A stretch of 64,000 bases of DNA, taken from the NCBI GenBank assembly GCA_023266115.1, contig JAHFRU010000001.1, positions 271,905-335,904 on the forward strand. The letters are read 5' to 3'. A program made the translations under genes and the position numbers. Of the stretch, positions 19,401 through 27,535 are shown piece after piece; within the stretch, counting starts at the first letter, position 1, and every line of letters starts with the position of its first letter. The notes under the pieces were generated by a model. It saw nothing but the letters and a program-made list of their open reading frames with translations. It was not told where the DNA came from and made no database searches. Source of the DNA: Gammaproteobacteria bacterium (GTDB lineage Bacteria > Pseudomonadota > Gammaproteobacteria > VBWC01).

Positions 19401-20516
19401 GGCGACGTGCTGTTGATCGAGGCCGCACGCCGGATCAACGCCTGCGTGCGCGACGCCGACACCGTCGCGCGCCTCGGCGGCGATGAATTCACGGTGATCC
19501 TGCCCGAGGTGGCCGACACAACGGACGTCGAGCGCGTTGCGCAGGAAATCATCGAGGAACTGAACAAACCGTTCTCCCTCGGCGGCAAGGAGTTCGGCTA
19601 CATCTCCGCGACCGTCGGCATCACGCTGTGCCCCGATGACGCGCAGGACTTCGACAGCCTGATGAAACACGTCGACCAGGCCATGTATCGCGCGAAAGGC
19701 GAAGGACGTAGCCGCTTCGGCTACTTCACGCCGTCGATGCAACAGGAGGCGCAGGAAAAACGCGCGCTGACTGATGACCTGCGCCAGGCGCTGGCCAGAG
19801 GCGAACTCGAGGTGTACTACCAGCCCATCGTCGACATGAAACACCGCAGGATCGTCAAGGCCGAGGCGCTGCTGCGCTGGAAACACCCCGCGCGCGGCAT
19901 GATCGAGCCCGACGTGTTCATTCCGCTGGCGGAAGAATCCCGCCTGATCGTCGACATCGGCGAATGGGTGTTCGGCGAGGCGTGTGCCCGCGTCGATCAA
20001 TGGCGCCGGCAGTTCGGCACTATCATCCAGGTCAGCATCAACAAATCCCCGGTGCAATTTGAATTCACCGCCGGCAAATCGTGGGCGAACATACTCGAAC
20101 GCCACGGTCTGCCCGGCAACAGCATCACCGTCGAAATCACCGAAGGCCTTCTGCTCAAGGAATCAACCAAGATCAAACAGCACCTGCTGGAATTCAGAAA
20201 CAACGGTATCGAAGTATCGATCGACGACTTCGGCACCGGCTTCTCGTCGCTGTCGTACCTGAAACAATTTAACATTGACTACCTCAAGATCGACCGCTCG
20301 TTCGTGCGGTATCTGGCCGGCAACGACAACGACATCGCGCTGGTCGAGGCCATCATCGTCATGGGCCGAAAACTTGGCATCCGCACCGTCGCCGAAGGCA
20401 TCGAAACCCAGGCCCAGCACGACCTGCTCGCCTCCTTCGGTTGCGACTACGCGCAGGGATTCCTCTATTCCCCCGCGGTGCCGTCGCAGGAGTTTGTGCG
20501 GTTGCTGGGGGAGTGA
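16446..20516 (+). CDS. Multi-PAS (about 7 PAS/PAC) GGDEF-EAL signalling protein (diguanylate cyclase/phosphodiesterase)
   Basis: Seven successive PAS/PAC-like modules each end in ...DIT(A/E)RK(R/Q)AE. A GGDEF domain (RLGGDEF) and an EAL domain (EALLRW...EITEG...DDFGTG) follow. The true start may be an internal ATG at 16511 or 16548. Confidence 0.9.
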   Translation: MPAANVSRRRLPGFTRRPRKAIMAVRGFFDRCSRMSRLSHTTVTEIFAALAPSGLGVAYADLAGTILDVNPSYCRMVGYSREALVGRRISEITSPDDVRNDIHGFQELVSGHVPSYRVEKRYLRKDNTVVWASVLVLLIKGDNDAPANMLALIEDITDRKRLESEKQTMELRYQTLFNQLPNSVVLIDAATRIIGFNDEALRVYEYTPEEMLQLYVKDYSLAYNEERIQEIMQRLLATGRADFLSRHKTKNGRVLDVKVSVRAIRLPNEAPLFQCVFHDITAIKQAEHALTQEKANLNAIMDNLPHLLWLKDREGRYIAVNAPFAASAGKASPQEILNKTDFDLWPHELAEKFRADDADVMATRRRKQLEEYVLDKGRYIWVETNKTPILDSDGKLLGTVGFARDITASKQAAEALRQSEERLRQATRASRAGIFDHDYLTNMLYWSPELRDIYGRAPNDPATFDAFIAHIHPDDRERVMTSIRNAHDPAITGTDDLFFVEFRLVRTDGTTRWVIARSQALFEGQGVARRLVRTIGAIVDITARKRAETALRDSEERLALATHAGGVGIWDWNIDGGELVWGDGMFQLYGIRREDFAGRYDVWCRSFHPDDRARAEAGIQACVLDKKSFDTEFRIVRPDGGIRHIKAHGELVCDEHGRVQRMVGTNWDISELKRAEEAMREGHERLQQALEASNTGTWRVDLRSNMDSRDASLNRMLGLPGEPSTQSVEDWFSYLHPDEAPALHEAWQRAMETGLYDVEHRLIRRDGTVLWVYDRGVMVRDGAGQLSYAIGAAMDITERKQAEETMRLAASIYQSSMEAILVTDERNRIVDVNLAFTRITGYTLSEITGQDPSILQSGRHDDAFYREMWRAIHDDGHWQGEIWDRRRNGDVYAKWVNISVIRHADGSVYRHIAQFSDITEKKRQDELIWTQANYDALTSLPNRRLFQDRLEVEIRKSNRTGSPIALLLIDLDRFKEINDTLGHAKGDVLLIEAARRINACVRDADTVARLGGDEFTVILPEVADTTDVERVAQEIIEELNKPFSLGGKEFGYISATVGITLCPDDAQDFDSLMKHVDQAMYRAKGEGRSRFGYFTPSMQQEAQEKRALTDDLRQALARGELEVYYQPIVDMKHRRIVKAEALLRWKHPARGMIEPDVFIPLAEESRLIVDIGEWVFGEACARVDQWRRQFGTIIQVSINKSPVQFEFTAGKSWANILERHGLPGNSITVEITEGLLLKESTKIKQHLLEFRNNGIEVSIDDFGTGFSSLSYLKQFNIDYLKIDRSFVRYLAGNDNDIALVEAIIVMGRKLGIRTVAEGIETQAQHDLLASFGCDYAQGFLYSPAVPSQEFVRLLGE

Positions 20517-20574
20517 GCGGAGGGCGGCCCGCCGTCCGCTGTCGCGCCTGCGCCGCTCACAAAAGGTAATAAAA

Positions 20575-20690
20575 AGACCCTCGTCATTCCCGCGAACTCG
20601 GGAATCCGGATTTTTTTCCAAACCAACAAACTCTGGATTCCGGGTCGGCGCTGCGCGCCGCCCGGAATGACAGTTTCGAGTTCTGATGGG
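20575..20690. repeat. Hairpin-module repeat (gtcattcccgcgaa..gggaatcc / ggattccgg...cccggaatgac)
   Basis: It shares its hairpin modules with MITE families 1 and 2. It lies in a 576-bp intergenic region packed with repeats. Confidence 0.6.
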
Positions 20691-20928
20691 TTATGCCTGT
20701 GGCTCCACCCATCCCGCAAATCGCGGATCCTGCTTTTTACTTCCTCTCCCTCAGGGAGAGGGTTGGGGTGAGGGGGGGGATTCATCGTTGCGGTAAATTC
20801 GCCTCGTTCCCGGCAGTATCGCCATGCATTGCCCTCGACCGCCGCTCGCGGCATTGCGCTACCCCGCCGTGCCGGTTGTCACAACCGCGCGGATCGTCGA
20901 GAATCACCTCAGGAACCTCTGATTAAGT

Positions 20929-21040
20929 GTCATTTCGAGCCCTGTCCCGAGCATCGCGATGGAGCTGGCGAGAAATCCGGGTGGTAAACACTTCGAGGCG
21001 ATTCCACCACATCAGGATTTTTCCCTGCGGTCGAAATGAC
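20929..21040. repeat. Dispersed palindromic repeat, family 3, second copy
   Basis: Same outer inverted repeat as 16227-16328 (gtcatttcgagccctgtcccgagc...ccctgcggtcgaaatgac). The central segment differs. Confidence 0.7.
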
Positions 21041-21092
21041 AAGAAGCCACTTGATCAGGATTTCCCTCATTCAATAAGGGCCACGTAACGAT

Positions 21093-22766
21093 ATGACCGC
21101 CACACTGATTCGAATTCTGCTTCTTGCCGTCATCGCCAGCGGCGTACTGACCAACGCGTATGCCGCCCCCGGCGATGAGGCCACAGCACCGCCAGCCACA
21201 GAGGCCGCGCCCACCCCAGACAACTGGTCGCATCTTGACGTATTGGTCAGCACCATCAACGCCAAACGCCAGGAAATCAGCGTGCGGTACCGCGATCTGG
21301 CCGCGAGCGCGGGTGGGCCGGAGCGCGAGCGCATCGCTAACGACATCGATCAACTGAATCTCGACCTGGACTCGCTGCAGACCGCGTGGGAAATGATGGC
21401 GACCGGCGGGGCGGACCTCAGCCTGTTCGGCGTGAAGACCGAGACGGCATTCAACTGGCGCACCGAGTTGCAGTCCGTGTTCGAGCCGATACTGGTCGAA
21501 CTCAAACGGCTCACCGAGCGGCCGCGCAAGATCGAGCGACTGCGTAACGAACAGGTCTACTATCAGCAACGCCTGGAGGCTGCCGAAACCGCGTTGCAAA
21601 GCGTCACGCAATATCGCGAAAGCGCGCCGTCGCCGGCGTTGAAAACCGCCTTCGCCGCGCTGGAAGAGCGCTGGCGCAAACGCCGCGACGATTTGCAAAG
21701 CCGCATGCAGCTGATCGACTTCGAATTGCAGGAGATGTTCGCGCCCAGCAAGCAGTCACAACGCGATCCGATCGAATCGCTCAAGCAGCTGTTGTCGGGA
21801 CGCGTGTTAAATCTGGCGATCGCCGCCGTGGCCATGCTGCTGGTCTGGCTGCTGTTGCGTGGCGTGGCGCTTCTCTACAACAAGGTCCGCGCCCGGCAAC
21901 CGCGCCAACGCAGCGTGATGGCGCGCGCCACCGGCCTGTTTTTTTATCTGGCGACCACGTTGCTGGTATTGTTCTCCGGCATGGCGGTGTTGTACGTGCG
22001 GGGTGATTGGCTGTTATTGGGGCTGTTTATTATTTTGCTGGTCGGTGCGGCGTGGGCGATACAAAGGTCCTTGCCGCACTACATCGTCGAGGCCAAGCTG
22101 ATGCTCAACCTGGGGCCGGTGCGCGAAGGCGAGCGGTTGATCTATTGCGATCTGCCGTGGCAGGTCAAGGCGCTGAACATGTACACCACGCTGGTCAATC
22201 CGCTGCTCGACGGCGGCCTGTTGAAAATCCCGGTGCGCGAACTCGTCGGCTACAACTCGCGCGAGCACCACGCCGACGAGCCGTGGTTTCCGTCCCGCAG
22301 CGGCGACTTCGTCATGCTCGCCGACGGCAGCTTCGGCCAGGTGATCGCGCAAACGCCGGAACAGGTGCAACTGAAAGTCGCCGGCTCCATCAAGACCTAT
22401 CGCGCCACGGCGTATCTGGAACAACATCCGCGCAACCTGTCGCAACAGGGCTTTGGGTTGGCCGTGACCTTCGGGCTGGACTATCACCACCAGAAAGACA
22501 TCGCCGCGATACGCGACACCTTCGAGCAGGAACTCGCCGCCGGACTGCGCCAGAGCGACATCGCGCCGCACCTGACCAGCTTGTCCGTGGAATTCAGCGC
22601 GGCCGGCGCCTCATCACTGGATTTCATCGTCATCGCCGCGTTCACCGGTGAAGCGGCCGGGCAGTATCATAAAATCCAGCGCCTGATCCAACGCCTGGCC
22701 ATTGACGCCTGCAACAAACACAAATGGGTTATGCCTTTCGCACAGATTACCGTGCATCAGGCCTGA
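21093..22766 (+). CDS. Mechanosensitive ion channel family protein (MscS-like) with an N-terminal periplasmic coiled-coil domain
   Basis: It has a signal peptide, an Ala/Pro-rich stretch, a coiled-coil region, three TM helices (LNLAIAAVAMLLVWLLL; LFFYLATTLLVLFSGMAVLYV; LLLGLFIILLVGAAWAI) and a C-terminal beta domain. Confidence 0.6.
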   Translation: MTATLIRILLLAVIASGVLTNAYAAPGDEATAPPATEAAPTPDNWSHLDVLVSTINAKRQEISVRYRDLAASAGGPERERIANDIDQLNLDLDSLQTAWEMMATGGADLSLFGVKTETAFNWRTELQSVFEPILVELKRLTERPRKIERLRNEQVYYQQRLEAAETALQSVTQYRESAPSPALKTAFAALEERWRKRRDDLQSRMQLIDFELQEMFAPSKQSQRDPIESLKQLLSGRVLNLAIAAVAMLLVWLLLRGVALLYNKVRARQPRQRSVMARATGLFFYLATTLLVLFSGMAVLYVRGDWLLLGLFIILLVGAAWAIQRSLPHYIVEAKLMLNLGPVREGERLIYCDLPWQVKALNMYTTLVNPLLDGGLLKIPVRELVGYNSREHHADEPWFPSRSGDFVMLADGSFGQVIAQTPEQVQLKVAGSIKTYRATAYLEQHPRNLSQQGFGLAVTFGLDYHHQKDIAAIRDTFEQELAAGLRQSDIAPHLTSLSVEFSAAGASSLDFIVIAAFTGEAAGQYHKIQRLIQRLAIDACNKHKWVMPFAQITVHQA

Positions 22767-22913
22767 GAGAACTGCACACTATTGCCCCCCCCCTCTCACT
22801 TAGGGAGAGGGGGGGGTGAGGGGATATATACGATATGCAGTCACTTTTTCTGTGCGCAGGCTCACCGTGCTACCATTTCCATTCCACCTGAATTCAGCAT
22901 CAACCAGGGACGT

Positions 22914-23744
22914 CATATGAAAAACCTCAGCGCCATACTGTCCGCCACCATCCTTTCAGCCTTAGCGCTAATCACCACCCCGGCCCACGCCGCCGACGAC
23001 ACCACCGCCGCCCTTAGCAAAGTACTCGCCGGCGAACACCGCTCGGCAGAAAACAAGGCGCGCGATAAATACCGCCACCCGATCGAAACGCTGGAATTCT
23101 TTGAAGTCAAACCCGACATGACTGTCGTCGAGATATTCCCCGGTGGTGGTTGGTATACCGAAGTCCTCGCGCCGTTTTTAAAAGACAAAGGCACCTATTA
23201 CGCCGCCGGTAACGATCCCGAATCCCACAGCAAGTTTTCCAGACAGAGCGCGAAAAGTTTCCAGGAGAAAATGGCATCCAGCGACATCTATAGCAAGGTC
23301 AACATCACCGTGCTGGAGCCGCCCAAACACACCACCGTCGCCCCGGCCGGCAGCGCGGACCGCGTGCTGACGTTTCGCAACATCCACAACTGGATGAAGG
23401 CCGGCACCGCCGATGCGGTATTCGCCGCGATGTACAAGGCACTGAAACCCGGCGGCATACTCGGCGTCGTCGAACACCGCGGCGACGCCAGCGTGGAGCA
23501 AGACCCCGAGGCAGGTTCAGGCTACGTCAACCAGGACTACGCGATTGCGCTCGCCGAAAAAGCCGGCTTCAAATTCGTCGCCAGCAGCGAAATCAACGCA
23601 AACCCCAAAGACACCAGGAACTATAAAAAAGGTGTCTGGACATTACCGCCGACACTCGCGCTGAAAGACAAGGACAAAGACGTCTACCTCGCCATCGGCG
23701 AGAGCGACCGGTTTACGTTGAAGTTTGTTAAGCAGGGGGAATGA
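22914..23744 (+). CDS. Predicted periplasmic class I SAM-dependent methyltransferase (COG4798-like)
   Basis: The start MKNLSAILSATILSALALITTPAHA forms a signal peptide. Downstream motifs are VVEIFPGGGWYTEVLAP and LKPGGILGVVEH. The ORF-track start at 22782 is over-extended into a REP element. Confidence 0.75.
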   Translation, partial: HMKNLSAILSATILSALALITTPAHAADDTTAALSKVLAGEHRSAENKARDKYRHPIETLEFFEVKPDMTVVEIFPGGGWYTEVLAPFLKDKGTYYAAGNDPESHSKFSRQSAKSFQEKMASSDIYSKVNITVLEPPKHTTVAPAGSADRVLTFRNIHNWMKAGTADAVFAAMYKALKPGGILGVVEHRGDASVEQDPEAGSGYVNQDYAIALAEKAGFKFVASSEINANPKDTRNYKKGVWTLPPTLALKDKDKDVYLAIGESDRFTLKFVKQGE

Positions 23745-24086
23745 GTAGGAAAACGGCTCTTTCCACTGACCGTCATCGGAAACTCTTATCACGAGTAGAA
23801 GGTCAGCGGTTTCACGAAATCCAATTTGATTGGCGGCATGGTTGGTTTTTATTTGGACCGTTTTCCCGTCGTGTGTGAGCGCATCGTAACTACTGGCGCC
23901 AGATGGAGCCTTTGTCAGGCTGTAGTGATCGATAGCGATAAGTTCGCCGAAATCCCCAAGTAAGTTTCCCAGGCCGCTCCAGTTATGTTCCGGCGCAAGG
24001 TTCCGTAGAGCCTTCTGCGAGGCAAAAATGCTGGCCAGCACGTGTTGGATGGCGGCTATTCTTTGCTGTTTGTCGCCGCTAGTCAT
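23643..24086 (-). CDS. Hypothetical 147-aa protein in a low-GC islet (possible PD-(D/E)xK-like nuclease fold)
   Basis: The ORF lies downstream of an XRE-family HTH gene on the same strand. Local GC is about 50% against about 63% in flanking DNA. The motif is ...GDFGELIAIDHY...YDALTHDGKTVQIKT. Its 3' end overlaps the convergent methyltransferase gene by about 100 nt, so the exact extent is uncertain. Confidence 0.4.
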   Translation of the reverse strand: MTSGDKQQRIAAIQHVLASIFASQKALRNLAPEHNWSGLGNLLGDFGELIAIDHYSLTKAPSGASSYDALTHDGKTVQIKTNHAANQIGFRETADLLLVIRVSDDGQWKEPFSYSFPLLNKLQRKPVALADGEVDVFVLVFQRECRR

Positions 24087-24141
24087 TTTTGTGCTTCAAG
24101 GGCGGAGAAGCCGGAAATGGTGGGGTCAACGTTCTGCATCG

Positions 24142-24447
24142 CTATGCCCCTTTCAATTCTTTGAGCAAGCTTTTACGTTGCGTTCTTGGCATCTGTCCTA
24201 GCGACAGCATTAGCTCGGCCAGTAGGTCGTCCCTGCAATAGAAGAAAGGCGTCGGTACGCCTAGGGCCCCGGCCAACCGCTCCATGGTTTGGAAGTCCGG
24301 GGTGTGTTTGCCGGTTTCGTATTGGTTTATCCGCGGGCTGGCGGAAAATTCATCGATACCCGCTTTAATGCCAAGCGCCTTTTGAGAAAGCCCGGCCCGC
24401 TCGCGTGCCTGTCGCAGTCGTTCGGGTATAGGAGTATTGCCAGCCAT
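24142..24447 (-). CDS. XRE-family helix-turn-helix transcriptional regulator
   Basis: The motif ERLRQARERAGLSQKALGIKAGIDEFSASPRINQYETGKHTPDFQTMERLAGALGV is a classic HTH_XRE. The product is 101 aa. Confidence 0.8.
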   Translation of the reverse strand: MAGNTPIPERLRQARERAGLSQKALGIKAGIDEFSASPRINQYETGKHTPDFQTMERLAGALGVPTPFFYCRDDLLAELMLSLGQMPRTQRKSLLKELKGA

Positions 24448-24528
24448 AATGTCTCTCGACCGATATATCGTTGACTAGCTAAGAGATTCTTAGTATTTTT
24501 TGCGTTTTGGATACTAAAGAATCCTTAG
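24448..24528. promoter_or_regulatory. Divergent promoter region with two imperfect palindromic operator-like sites (CTAAGAGATTCTTAG; CTAAAGAATCCTTAG)
   Basis: The two 15-bp near-palindromes are about 30 bp apart. They lie between the XRE gene (minus strand) and the ankyrin gene (plus strand). A TTGACT hexamer sits adjacent. Confidence 0.45.
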
Positions 24529-25131
24529 ATGCGTGGAATCAGGCCGGGAAAGTCGTTGAATGCGACGGTTCGGAGATGCGTCCTCGTGATTCTCGTGTGT
24601 CTGGCGCTTGCCTGCGCCACCACCCCACACCTACCCGACGTCGTCGCGACCGGCGATCTGGCCGAGGTCGAACGGTTGATCGAACACGACGCAGCGCTGG
24701 ACGAACGCGAAAAGCGCTATGGCCGAACGGCATTGCACATGGCGGCGATGGGTGGGCATGTCGAGGTGGTACGGGCGTTGTTGGCGCAGGGCGCGGCGGT
24801 GAATGGCGGGGACAGTTACGGGTTTACGGCATTGCATTTGGCGGTATGGCAGGGGCGGGCGGCGGTGGTGGAGGTGTTGTTAGCCGCTGGCGCGGATGTG
24901 AATGCCAACCGTAACCACAGGCGCGTGACGCCGTTGCATGTCGCCGCGCAGTTCGGGCATGCGGTAATCGCGCGACGCTTGATCGCGGCGGGGGCGGATG
25001 CGAATGTAAGGGCAGGGAACGGGGAGACGGCGTTGGGGGTGGCGAGGCGGTTGGGGAGGAGTAAGGTAGCGGAGGTGTTAGCGGCGGTAAGGGCTGGGTC
25101 CGCATGGTTGGTTTGGTGGGCCCAGCCGTAG
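24529..25131 (+). CDS. Ankyrin-repeat protein (secreted or lipoprotein)
   Basis: It has an N-terminal signal/lipoprotein-like sequence (VLVILVCLALACATT). At least four ankyrin repeats follow (GRTALHMAAMGGHVEVVRALLAQGAAVN; GFTALHLAVWQGRAAVVEVLLAAGADVN; ...). Confidence 0.85.
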   Translation: MRGIRPGKSLNATVRRCVLVILVCLALACATTPHLPDVVATGDLAEVERLIEHDAALDEREKRYGRTALHMAAMGGHVEVVRALLAQGAAVNGGDSYGFTALHLAVWQGRAAVVEVLLAAGADVNANRNHRRVTPLHVAAQFGHAVIARRLIAAGADANVRAGNGETALGVARRLGRSKVAEVLAAVRAGSAWLVWWAQP

Positions 25132-25233
25132 CGGCGGGTCGGTGTTGGATGTTGGGCTTCGTGGCCCCGGGCTACCCTGCGGGCCTGTATTCAGGGTTTC
25201 AAATCGACGCGTAGAAAGGTTTCAATTGGCCGC

Positions 25234-26475
25234 ATGCCTGCCCAATCCCTGATTACTCGCTTTCTGCGCCCGAGATTGATCGAAGCGCTTGCAGACACGC
25301 CGGTCGTTCTGGTACATGGTCCTCGCCAGTGCGGTAAGTCGACGCTGGTGCAAACCGTCAAGGGGTATACCTACATCACCTTCGACGATGAGGTGCAACT
25401 TGCGGCGGTGAAGGCTGACCCGGTAGGTTTTGTGGCGGATTTACCGGACAGGGTGATTCTTGACGAGGTCCAGCGCGCACCGGGGCTGTTCGCTACGCTG
25501 AAGGCGGCAGTGGACCGCGATCGTCGGCCGGGGCGTTTCATTTTGACTGGTTCAGCCAATGTGCTGCTAGCACCGAAATTGTCGGATTCGCTCGCCGGAC
25601 GGATGGAGTTATTGCGGCTTCACCCCCTGGCGCAGTGTGAGGTCGCGGGGGGCATGCCCCATTTTCTCGATGTGCTTTTCGCGGGTGGGTTCAAGGCGCG
25701 GAAGTACGACCGCCTGGGTGCGGAGTTGGCGGAGCGCATCGTCGCAGGTGGATATCCGGCAGCGTTGGCACGCGGCTCCGGCCGTCGCCGGCGTGAATGG
25801 TATCGGGCTTACATCGAAGCACTGGTGCAACGCGATGTACGGGAGTTGGCGCGCATCAGCGCATTGGATGCATTGCCACGGTTGCTGCAACTCGCTGCGG
25901 GCCAGTCGGCACGATTGCTGAACGTCAGCGAACTAGCCGCGCCGTTTCAATTGAGCCGGCCGACCATTCGCGACTATGTGACGCTGCTGGAACGCATATT
26001 TGTGATCGAGATGCTCCCGCCGTGGCACAGCAACCGGCTGAGTCGATTGGTGAAGACTCCAAAATTGCACATGGGCGATACGGGTCTTATAGCGAGTCTG
26101 CTTGGCGTAGATGCAGCAGCGCTAGCGAAGGATCGTGCGTTGCTCGGCCAGTTGTTGGAGACATTCGTATTTCAGGAGCTGCGGCGGCAAGCAAGTTGGC
26201 ATGAGGACGCCATCGGTTTCCATCATTTCCGTGACAAGGACGGCTACGAGGTTGACATTGTACTGGAACGCGAGGGGCGGGACATCGCGGGAGTTGAGAT
26301 CAAGGCGGCGGCGACGACAGTCACGGAGTCGGATTTCCGCGGGTTGCGAAAACTCAAGGGCACAAGCGGCGCGCGGTTTGTCGCTGGTGTCGTGTTATAC
26401 GATGGAGAGAGCGCTGTACGGTTCGCAGATGATTTATTCGCAGTGCCAATCAAGGCGCTCTGGGGTATGAAATGA
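25234..26475 (+). CDS. AAA+ ATPase with DUF4143 domain (COG1373)
   Basis: Walker A motif LVHGPRQCGKST and Walker B motif RVILDEVQ. The C-terminal part is DUF4143-like. Confidence 0.85.
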   Translation: MPAQSLITRFLRPRLIEALADTPVVLVHGPRQCGKSTLVQTVKGYTYITFDDEVQLAAVKADPVGFVADLPDRVILDEVQRAPGLFATLKAAVDRDRRPGRFILTGSANVLLAPKLSDSLAGRMELLRLHPLAQCEVAGGMPHFLDVLFAGGFKARKYDRLGAELAERIVAGGYPAALARGSGRRRREWYRAYIEALVQRDVRELARISALDALPRLLQLAAGQSARLLNVSELAAPFQLSRPTIRDYVTLLERIFVIEMLPPWHSNRLSRLVKTPKLHMGDTGLIASLLGVDAAALAKDRALLGQLLETFVFQELRRQASWHEDAIGFHHFRDKDGYEVDIVLEREGRDIAGVEIKAAATTVTESDFRGLRKLKGTSGARFVAGVVLYDGESAVRFADDLFAVPIKALWGMK

Positions 26476-26538
26476 ACACATCAAATGGGGTTTGGTGTGT
26501 GACGGCATTGGGCGTCATCCATATCCTGATTCTGTGCC

Positions 26539-26823
26539 ATGGTAAATAATTCCGTCGAAATCCGTTACTGCACGCAATGCCGCTGGTTGCTCCGGGCCGC
26601 GTGGATGGCGCAGGAGTTATTAACGACCTTTGATCAGGAAATCACTGAACTGACACTGCGACCGGACACCGGCGGTATTTTCGAGGTGTATGCCAACGGC
26701 AAGCAGGTATGGTCGAGAAAAGAGGCAGGCCGTTTTCCGGACATTACCGAGCTCAAGCAGCTGGTACGCGATGAGATTGCCGCGGACAAGGACCTCGGGC
26801 ATGCGGACAGGAAAGGCGCGTAG
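26539..26823 (+). CDS. Rdx-family (SelW/SelT-like) thiol-disulfide oxidoreductase-fold protein
   Basis: N-terminal IRYCTQCRWLLRAAWMAQELLTTF carries the CxxC of the Rdx family. The product is 94 aa. Confidence 0.7.
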   Translation: MVNNSVEIRYCTQCRWLLRAAWMAQELLTTFDQEITELTLRPDTGGIFEVYANGKQVWSRKEAGRFPDITELKQLVRDEIAADKDLGHADRKGA

Positions 26824-26855
26824 TCGTTAACGCCAGGCGAAGAGGAGAGATAGAC

Positions 26856-27374
26856 ATGAAACACGCCATTACGTTTGTTCTGTTGGTGATGTGGGCCATG
26901 CCGTCGCAGGCGTTGGAAGTAGGCGATATCGCGCCTGATTTTTCCTTGCGAGGGTCGGATGGCAAGCTGCATCGGCTGGCGGATTACCGTGGCAAGGAAA
27001 CGGTGGTGCTGGCCTGGTTCCCCAAGGCCTTTTCGCGGGGTTGCACCATCGAGTGCAAATCGCTGGCCGAGAACGGTCACTTGATCAAGAAATTCGCTGC
27101 CACGTATTTTATGGCGAGTGTTGATCCTGTTGCTGACAACACGGGGTTTGCAATGGAACAAAAGGCGGATTTCCCGTTGCTGAGCGATCCCACCAAACAG
27201 ACGGCGCGCGCCTATGGGGTATTGAGTGAGGCCGGTTATGCCGTTCGCTATACCTTTTATATTGGCGTCGACGGGAAGATACTGGCGATCGACAGCAATG
27301 TAAAACCGGCCACATCCGCGGAGGATATGGCCGGCATGCTGGCAACGTTGGGTACGCCGCTGGCGGAGAAGTGA
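26856..27374 (+). CDS. Peroxiredoxin (AhpC/TSA/redoxin family), secreted
   Basis: It has a signal peptide. Motifs are VVLAWFPKAFSRGCTIE (peroxidatic Cys in an FxxxCT context) and a thioredoxin fold. Confidence 0.85.
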   Translation: MKHAITFVLLVMWAMPSQALEVGDIAPDFSLRGSDGKLHRLADYRGKETVVLAWFPKAFSRGCTIECKSLAENGHLIKKFAATYFMASVDPVADNTGFAMEQKADFPLLSDPTKQTARAYGVLSEAGYAVRYTFYIGVDGKILAIDSNVKPATSAEDMAGMLATLGTPLAEK

Positions 27375-27380
27375 CGGAGG

Positions 27381-27530
27381 GCTGGATTCTCGCGAAGCAT
27401 ATACCCCCGAGGGTGCGGGAGTGACAAAGACTGGATTCCTCGGCGGCTGTTCCCGACGCCGCCCTACCTCCTGCATCCATGCAGTCGCGCTTTCGTGGGA
27501 ATGACAGAAGGGTGGATTCCCGCCCGACAG
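27381..27530. repeat. Partial copy of MITE family 2 core (ggattcctcggcggctgttcccgacgccgcc...ctgcatccatgcagtcgcgctttcgtgggaatgaca)
   Basis: It matches the core of the elements at 28571-28776 and 33896-34126 but lacks their terminal inverted repeats. Confidence 0.6.
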
Positions 27531-27535
27531 GTACG

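Noticed and set aside
16713-20105. Long antisense ORFs (397 aa and 450 aa) inside the PAS-GGDEF-EAL gene
   Set aside because: They lie entirely antisense to a gene with unmistakable domain content. They show Arg/Ala/Gly-rich composition typical of GC-rich antisense frames and no recognisable motifs. The same holds for antisense ORFs over argG (51913-53124), the CCP gene, rnfC (61818-62771), pepA, pdhA and the GH13 gene.
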